DNA from: Octopus vulgaris
Lineage: Eukaryota
Reading direction: 5' to 3'
Assembly (NCBI GenBank): GCA_951406725.2
Contig: OX597817.1
Coordinates: 143,530,001-143,594,000 of the forward strand
Length of the DNA: 64,000 nt
Position numbers and translations under genes: made by a program. Shown here piece by piece: positions 55,545 to 64,000 of the stretch (the first letter of the stretch is position 1; the number at the start of each line of letters is the position of its first letter). A model generated the notes under the pieces. The model was not told the DNA's origin, did no database searches, and was given only the letters and a program-made list of their open reading frames with translations.

Positions 55545-56290
55545 ATATTTCTTTCGAAGTAGTCCTCTTCTGAAGCTACACACTTTATCCAGCATCATTT
55601 CCATTGATGGAAGCATTCCTGGAACTCCTTTGTCTTTGATAGCAAGCAGCTACTGCCTTGTTGCAATCTCTTGGATTTCTTTGATGTCTTGAAATCTTGT
55701 TCCTTTCAAGTGGGATTTGATTTTGGCTTGGTTTCGGGTCATAGCCATCCACCTTTCATCACTTACTAGCAGTATCGCCCGGCATTGCTCAGGTTTGTTT
55801 CAACCCTTTAGAATTGGAATTTTTGAAAAGTAAAAATTTTGCATTATGTAGCTTGTTATTTTCTTTAAGTGAACATTTTCCTGGTTGAAACACACCGAAA
55901 AATGGTGATACAGCAGTCAAAAAATCGTAAAAAAATAGGGATTTTTCACAGAAAAAAAGGACCTTTTTGATGTAAATAATTTTTGGTGTTAGCATGGTCC
56001 AATTTGAATTTTTTCTTCTACGGAAGGAAGAGCATGCCTTCTATCATACTCTCAATTTTGGTCAACTTGCGCCACAGGGTCCCGGAGGAGATAGTAATAG
56101 TTGAAGACTACCAAACCTGCCATACACAGACAACTTCAGCTTTATATAGAGAGAGATTACGGCCGTTTCCTAAAAGTTTTCATCTTCCTTGTCACAATCA
56201 AGGATATCATGGGCAGCTGGAACCTGAACTTCTTTTTGAGACGACCACACTCAACAGATTTTAGTTCCAAGTACTGCTATAAACAACGTG
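55545..56290 (-). pseudogene. mariner (DD34D) transposase remnant interrupted by a Helitron
   Basis: After removing the insert it reads VISDERW..GYDP; C-terminus KSHLKGTRFQD...FQECFHQWK*CWIKCVASEEDYFE. Confidence 0.8.
55766..56156 (-). mobile_element. Non-autonomous Helitron with the same 3' end as the 51329 family
   Basis: A|TCTCTCTCTATATAAAG ... CCTGAGCAATGCCGGGCGATACTGCTAG|T. Confidence 0.85.
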
Positions 56291-56439
56291 AGTCAGCGAG
56301 AACCTTCTCACTTAGTAGGCAAGTTTGACAGAGTTCAAGGTCAATCTATGCCAAGCAGTTTCCCTTCGCATACTTTAGCAATATTACCATAGCAACAATT
56401 TCGATACACACGCGTATGTATATACCTACCAATGTATCT

Positions 56440-56738
56440 GCATACATACATACATAGATACATACATACATACATACATACATACATACATACATACATA
56501 CATACATACATACATACATACATACATACAAACACACACACACACATACATACATACATACATACATACATACATACATACATACATACATACATACATA
56601 CATACACACACATACATATATATATATATACAAACATACATACACATACACACATACACATACATACATACATACATATATACATACATACATACATACA
56701 TACATACACACATACACATACATACATACATACATACA

Positions 56739-56770
<32 letters not shown>

Positions 56771-57163
56771 CACACATACATACATATATACAAACATACA
56801 TACACATACACACATACACATACATACATGCATACATACATACATACATACATACATACATACATACATACATACATACACACATACATACGTACATACA
56901 CACACATACATACATATATGCAAACATACATACACATACACACATACACATACATACATACATACATACATACATACATACATACATACATACATACATA
57001 CATACATACATACACACATACATACGTACATGCAAACATACATACACATACACACATACACATACATGCATGCATACATGCATACATACATACATACATA
57101 CATACATACATACATACATACATACATACATACATACATACATACATACATACATACATACAT
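56440..57163. repeat. (ACAT)n satellite
   Basis: Directly visible. Confidence 0.95.
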
Positions 57164-57449
57164 AGACAGCCATATAACTTGAGAGTTATTTCCCCTCAAA
57201 TCTAACATAATTATTTCACAATTATCGAACTCGTGTGAGGGAAAGAAACAAATAAAATACAAATAAGCAAATAAACAAAACTCTAAAACAAAAAAAAAAA
57301 AACAAAACAAAAAAAGAAAGTAAAAACGTTTGACACCTTCATATAACAAATGGAATCAATAATTGATTGGCAAGTTCGAAATTTTAGTTGCTTTAACAGG
57401 AAGTCGTATTTCCAAGCCACTCATGAATATTATTTAGAAGAATATTTCT

Positions 57450-57910
57450 AATCATCATCATCATCACCACCACCACCACCACCACCACCACCGCCACCAC
57501 CACCACCACCATCACCACCATCATCACTACCACCAGCACCAGCAACATCACCACCACTACCACCAGCACCAGCACCATCACCACCACCAGCACCATCACC
57601 ATCATCACCATCATCACCATCACCACCATCACCCCACCATCATCATCACCACCACCACCACCACCACCACCACCACCATCATCACCATCACCACCATCAC
57701 CCCCCATCATCATCATCACCACCACCACCACCACCACCACCACCACCACCACCACCACCACCACCACATCAACATCACCATCATCACCACACCACCATCA
57801 CCCCATCATCATCATCATCACCATCACCACCACCACCACCATCACCATCATCACCATCATCACCATCACCACCATCACCTCCCCCCCCCCCATCATCATC
57901 ATCATCATTC
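57450..57910. repeat. (CAC/CAT)n array
   Basis: Directly visible. Confidence 0.95.
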
Positions 57911-58161
57911 GTGCTCTTCGTCGTTTTCCTGGAGAATTGATTTTATTTTAAATACACAAGTTTTATGATTTGATCATCATCATCATCATCATCATCATCA
58001 TGAACGACAGCAGCAGCAGCGTCGTCGTCGTCGCCACCGCCGCCGCCGCCCCGATCTCTATTTCCTTTCCCTTCTTAAAATAATGATAGTGTAGGTTTTG
58101 TCACCATTATTTTGTTCTATTCAATTTTTATTCATCTAATTCAATTATTACCACCGCCACA

Positions 58162-58586
58162 GTGTGTGTATGTATGTATGTATGTATGTATGTATGTATG
58201 TATGTATGTATGTATGTATGTATGTATTATGTATGTGTGCATGTATGTATGCATGTATGTGTATGTATCTATGTATTATGTATGTGTGCATGTATGTATG
58301 TATGTGTGTGTATGTATGTATATATGTATGTATGTATGTATGCGTGTATGTATGTATGTATGTATGTAATGTATTATGTATGTATGTATGTATGCATGTA
58401 TGTATGTATTATGTATGTGTGCATGTATGTATGTATGTATGTATGTATGCATGCATGTATGTATATATGTATGTACGTGTGTATATATGTATGTGTGTAT
58501 GTATGTATGTATGCATGTATTATGTATGTATGTATGTATGTATGTATGTATGTATGTATGTATGCATGTATGTGTGTGTATGTATG

Positions 58587-58620
<34 letters not shown>

Positions 58621-58705
58621 TGTATGTATGTATGTATGTATGTATGTATGTATGTATGTATGTATTATGTATGTATGTATGTATGCATGCATGTATGTAT
58701 ATATG
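58162..58705. repeat. (ATGT)n satellite
   Basis: Directly visible. Confidence 0.95.
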
Positions 58706-58708
58706 TAG

Positions 58709-59013
58709 GATTGCACCTAGAAATTAACCTCCTAGACACAAGTCCGGGCGAGGTTGTTTATGGAAGACCAGCAGTCGCCCATGCATACCAGCCTCCCCTC
58801 TCCACGTCACCAGTGTTATCCAAGGGAAAGACAAAGGTCGATACAGCTTGGCACCAGTGACGTCGCAACTCATTTCTACAGCTGAGTGAACTGGAGCAAC
58901 GTGAAATAAAGTGCCTTGCTCAAGAACACAACACGCAGCCCGGTCCAGGATTCGAGCTCACAACCTCACGATCGTAAGCTCGACGCTCTAACCACTGAGC
59001 CATGCGCCTTCAC
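58709..59013 (-). mobile_element. tRNA-head CORE-like SINE
   Basis: GGCGCATGGCTCAGTGGTTAGAGCG...GAGCTCGAATCC head followed by GTTGTGTTCTTGAGCAAGGCACTTTA...CACTCAGCTGTAGAAATGAGT. Confidence 0.8.
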
Positions 59014-59689
59014 TAGACTCTATCTATTTCATGAGGGAAGGTTGGGGTGGGGTGAGTTTGAATGATGTACCTATACCAAAGCATTGCTTCAAATTCTCTT
59101 AAAAATAGGCACCACCATCTTATTACAATGAAGCAAAACTAATTGCTGTGAGACCTATTTTGGATCTTTACATTTTGACCTACAGATTTAAAAAATAATT
59201 TTTTGTAACTAAACATTTCCAAACTCCGTATACTGGTAGAATGTGTCATATAAAACATCTTTTACTCTTAGCATTTTTGAGAAAAGTTTATGTTTACAAA
59301 GTTATTTCGCGTTGAAGTTGTCCTATTTCGGTAATTTCAACCAATCAATGACATGTATTCAGCTGAATAAAATTACTGCTGTTGTTTGTCAACATCTATC
59401 GGCGGTGTATTTTTCGTTTGTCACTGTTATTTATGACACCGTTCGTGTGTTTGTACTGGTTTTAGCTTTAAGGTTTTAGGGTTAGGGTTAGGTTTTTAGG
59501 GTTAGGTTAGGTTTAGTGTTGTTGGATAAATTCACGCGCTAGGTTGTTGGATAAATTTGTTCGTTTATTTATTTATATTTATATATTTATTTATTTCAAT
59601 CCATATTTTTAATCCATATGTTTCACCAACAATCCTAACAAATCAGTCGGTAATATATTCTCGTTCATTGTTTACAACTTCTCGTCAAC

Positions 59690-60290
59690 GTTCCACTCAC
59701 TTTTCAATGCCTTGTTGGTAGAAACAAGCGGGCATGACTCAACGAATTCATTGAGTCATGTTTTCTGCTTGATGTTGCTGTTGAACAAAACACCTCACGG
59801 ATTGTTGGATAATCTGAAAGTATTATATTAGGAGAATACGTTGGGTATGGAACAACTTCGCAAATGAGCTCTTGAATAGCGCTTTTGGTCAAATCGGCAA
59901 TGTGTGGGGGCGAGTATTGTGTTGCTGGCTGGGTGGCGAAGGATTTAGCTGGAGTCGTTAATTGGGCCGTTGTAGTTTCTGAATGTAAAGCTCTGCATTA
60001 ACTGTTTGGTTGTTTTGAAGCACTTCTTTGCAAATTAGCTCTTCCAAATTTCTTCCAATTCAGATCATTCTCTTGTGTGGATGCAGCTCTGGCTTTGTAT
60101 GAAATACTGCTTGCTTGTTGGGACTCAATCATTCATTTTTTCCCCCTCTGTTTCCTATTCGCATAAAGACATCATTTTTCATCGCCGTTGATGATATGGC
60201 AAAGAAATTTCGTAATTTCCTGTTGATTCAAATAACATTGGAAAGAAATGAATGAATCTATCTGACAACCTGATAATGTGGATTAGCACT
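59690..60290 (-). pseudogene. mariner transposase remnant
   Basis: IINGDEK, PELHPHK and EVVPYPTYSPNIILSDY (compare HPPYSPDLAPSDY). About 55 bp is re-copied at 60361-60415. Confidence 0.75.
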
Positions 60291-60513
60291 GGATCCTCCT
60301 TCACAACCAATGCTGGATTAACCATTAAGCAAAATAATATGAACTTATATTAGGTATATAAAGTATTATATTAGGAGAATACGTTGGGTATGGAACAACT
60401 TTGCAAATGAGCTCTTTACAGAAATTGTAAATGGCTTATGGCACAAAAGAAATCACTTTAGACTTGTTAAAATAATATTTGAAGTGGTTTATATGATGAT
60501 GCGGATCACCATC

Positions 60514-60546
<33 letters not shown>

Positions 60547-60800
60547 TTCAATGAATGGCATCTACGGGTATGGCGACCCACTATCTGACACTCTTGCTCT
60601 CCCTGTGGGGTACTTATCAAATTTGCAAGCTAGATTTTGGGGCGACAGGCAAAAGTATTACTTTGCCTGCTGGAATGTTATGGCCAACCATCAGATGTGG
60701 TTAGCATTTGTGAGGGTCGTGGGTGAAGTTGTTCAGAGCTAGCTCAACCCACCCTGGCTGAATACTGCCACAAGTACAAGTAGGTAGTTACATTCCTCAA

Positions 60801-61895
60801 TCATTTCCTCAGTAAGGCCCACTTTGTCCCATGTATTTCTAGGCTGACCCCTTCCACAGGTTCTCTCCACAATTACAGCTTGGCACTTCTTTATGCAGCT
60901 GCATAAAGATGTTCTGAGCTATAATTGTGGACAAAGTGGTGAGAAAGAATCTTCAGCTGCTGGGCCTTATTGAGGAAATGACAAGGGACTGGGAGAACCT
61001 GTGGGAGGGGTCAACCTAGGAAGACATGGGACAAAGTGGTGAGAAAGGATCTCCAGACACTGGGCCTTATTGAGGAAATGACAAGGGACTGGGAGTGGTG
61101 GTGATTTGCTATACTTGAAAAAATGTGTCAAGCTAAGTAAAATCGCTGTCATCCATACATACAGGCTTGTCCTTTGCAGGTGCCAGTGCCACATAAAATG
61201 CACTTGTGCTGGTGTTGTGCAAATGCACCTGTGCCAGTCACATGTAAAAAGCACCCAGCACAGTCTGTCAAGTAGTTGGCATTAGGAAGAACATCCAACC
61301 ATAGAAACTGTACTAGAACAGCAAGTGAGCTGGCAGAAACATTAGCAAGTCGGGCGAAATACTTGGTGGTATTTCGTCTGCCACTATGTTCTGAGTTTAA
61401 ATTCCTCTGAGGTCGACTTTGCCTTTCATCCTTTCTGGGTCGATAAATTAAGTACCAGTTGCATACTGGGGTCAATTTAATCGACTGGCCCCCTCCCCAA
61501 AAATTTCGGGCCTCGTGCCTAGAGTAGAAAAGAATGTTAGAATAGTTACTGAGGTGGCGAGCTGGCAGAAACTTTAGCATGCCAGGCAAAATACTTGGTG
61601 GTATTTCATCTGCCACTACATTCTGAGTTCAAATTCTGCCAAGGTTAACTTTGCCTTTCATCCTTTCGGGGTTGGTAAATTAAGTACCAGTTATGCACTG
61701 AGGTCGATATAATTGACTTAATCCATGTGTCTGTCCTTGTTTGCTCCCTCTGTGTGTAGCTCCTTGTAGGCAGTAAAGAAATAAGAAACTATGCCATAAC
61801 AAATAGGAGTGTGGACAGGTCCCTGGCTGGCCAGCTCCTGTCAAAATATCCAACCCATGCCAGCACGGAAAACGGACAGTAAATGATAATGATAG
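60801..61895 (+). mobile_element. RTE LINE 3' end with 5' inverted duplication, interrupted by two family C SINEs
   Basis: GRGQPRKTWDKVVRKDLQTLGLIEEMTRD, then the family A UTR; the tail resumes at ~61786. Confidence 0.8.
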
Positions 61896-62614
61896 TGATA
61901 CTGTTTGCATTTTATTGTGGCACCAGCATTATTGAGGTTGTCTGGCACATCTCAGGATCAATGAGTCCTCAGTATTCTATGCAGCTTCATTTTATTCGAA
62001 GCCACATGATCAGAAGAGTGAAGAGCAGGGAGGGCAATGGCAGATGAAATGGAGACAGAGACTGAGACAAGAGGAGAGTGGGTTGTGAGTATTGTAGAGG
62101 AAGGAGTAATGGGAAAGCCAATACTGGAAGGAATAAGAAAAGAGAGACTGTCATGGTAGGGAGTAATGGGAGAGAGAGACACTGATGACTGCTACTTAAC
62201 TGCTAAGAAGGGGAAGAGCCAGTGATGGATGGTTGTGTCTCACCATCAACATTGCAATCACCTAAACTATGCTCATTAATCATTACCTTCATTACCATGA
62301 CCACAATGGCATCCACGACCATGACCACCACCACAACCACCGCCATGACTATTACCATTGATGTAACTACTTTTAAAGTGTGGAAAGGTAAATAAACAAT
62401 CATCGGACATAATTCAGTGGAAGAGTATAGATTGAGCTCTTTTATTATTGGAGGCTTGAAACAACCATGTCTAGTTTTTGGGTCTCAGAGATATAAAAAA
62501 GAACAGAATGAAACTTATAGATAATAAAACAAATAGAAAAGAAAAAGAAAAAGTCATCTTTTAAGCCTATTAGAGTTATGCCCCTTAGATTAGTCATATA
62601 TATATATATATATT

Positions 62615-63120
62615 TAGTTGAGAGAGTTGGTATGTGAAATCATGTGGTTGGATGTATAAAAGACAAAAAAGAGTGAAAAACTACAGAAGGCTTGTGTTAT
62701 ATGGTTAAAGAATATATTTAAATCGTTATGTTAGAAAAATGTTATAAAATTTTGCATATAGTAGCATAGTTTTTGGAGAAATAATCGGTTTCGTATTTTC
62801 TTTTCAAATTTCTCAAATTTTTTTCCTATATTGTGTCATGTCTTCGCTATGTTGTGAAAAATGGAGTTCCAGGCAGGAGAAGGTAATCAGGGATGTTTTC
62901 CGGTATAAGAGAGATAATAAAAAATGTTGGGAATGACTAGGTTTGATTAATTTAACAGGATTTGGTTTAGAAGGAATAGAATGTTACAAGTGGTTAGGTT
63001 TTGCTTTATATTTTTTTCAATGAGGTGAGTTTCCTTATTCAAAAATGTTAGAAGTGGTTAAGTTTTGGCTCTAGCAGGTCATAATTCTGCCATTACATGC
63101 CTCTCTATGAGCTTCATACC
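62615..63120 (-). mobile_element. Decayed Penelope-like 3' end with pLTR and degenerate U3-A8 hammerhead (62776-62814)
   Basis: Homologous to 24477-24763; GAGAAAU-UUGAAAA-G..C-GAAAC-CG-AUU-AUUUCUC; upstream LNKETHLIEK-like endonuclease tail. Confidence 0.6.
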
Positions 63121-64000
63121 AATATTGGTCTAAAATCCAAGTGGTGAACTGGTAGGATTGTTAGCAGACTTGGTAAAATTCTTCACAGCATTTTGTCCGT
63201 CTTTATATTCTGAGTTCAAATTCTACCAAGGTTGATTTTTCTTTTCATCCTTTTAAGGTCAATAAAATACATACATATACCCAGACCTATTCCCCATTTT
63301 TTTTAGGAGTGGGTAGCCACAACATGACACACACCAAGTGTTCTATTCATTTCCCACCTCAAAGAGGTGAGCCCCGGAAGTTGCTCCCAGTATCAGCAGC
63401 GGGGCCTGACAGCATATGCAGGTTTACTCCCACTGCATCATGCTGGTTCCGTACCCCTTTGAGCAGGAATGAGAGAAAAACTAACAGCCAAAATGGATAT
63501 ATGAATGTTGAGGTGGTTTGGCCACATGGAGAGGATGGATGAGAAGTGGATGGATAAGGAGGGTGATGAAGGCAGAAGTGGCAGGTAGCAGAACCAGAGG
63601 CAGACCTTGGTTTGTGTAGATGGATGGAGTGAAAAAACCTTTGGTGGTTAGAGGTGATAGGAAAGATTAGAGAGTGTTTGTGGACATATGAGGGGCACAG
63701 AACCAGCATGATGTCAATAAAATAAGTACCAGTTAAACACTGGGGCTGATATAATCGATTTACACCCTCCCTTGAACTTGCTGGCCTTGTGCCAAAATTA
63801 GAAACCTATATTGTCCTAATAATTCCCATTAGGGTCCACAAAGACCTAATTTGATCATCTTTAGGGATATGAATGACAAACATCATTATTGCCATGGAAA
63901 CTGGGGAATCATTTTTATGACTTTTAAGACTTGAGACTTCACTTGGCTTTTTGTCTTTCTGATCCTAATAACCAAAACAGTTGAACCAGACATTTTCTTT

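Noticed and set aside
56341-58860. MYVC/HTYI repeat ORFs
   Set aside because: Tetranucleotide satellite artefacts.

Overview
AT-rich, microsatellite-laden animal DNA. The repeat set (tRNA-head SINEs, RTE/CR1 LINE tails, Penelope-like fragments) resembles what I recall of Octopus (coleoid cephalopod) genomes; I did not check this against any database. There is no intact protein-coding gene. The long ORFs are microsatellite translations, and the protein-like ones are decayed transposon pieces: Penelope GIY-YIG, RTE RT, CR1 tail and Tc1/mariner transposases. Two weak minus-strand exon candidates suggest the window may be the 5'/intronic part of a large gene. The main signal is about a dozen hammerhead-ribozyme (HHR) motifs, from canonical to degenerate, in several unrelated Penelope-like/retrozyme-like short elements. 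These include a 534-nt tandem unit bounded by two identical canonical type I HHRs, U3-A8 covariant cores, and repeated fold-back (inverted-arm) structures beside (TA)n tracts. Nested Helitrons and a Merlin-like MITE carrying TTAGGG repeats are also present. All folds and translations were done by eye.
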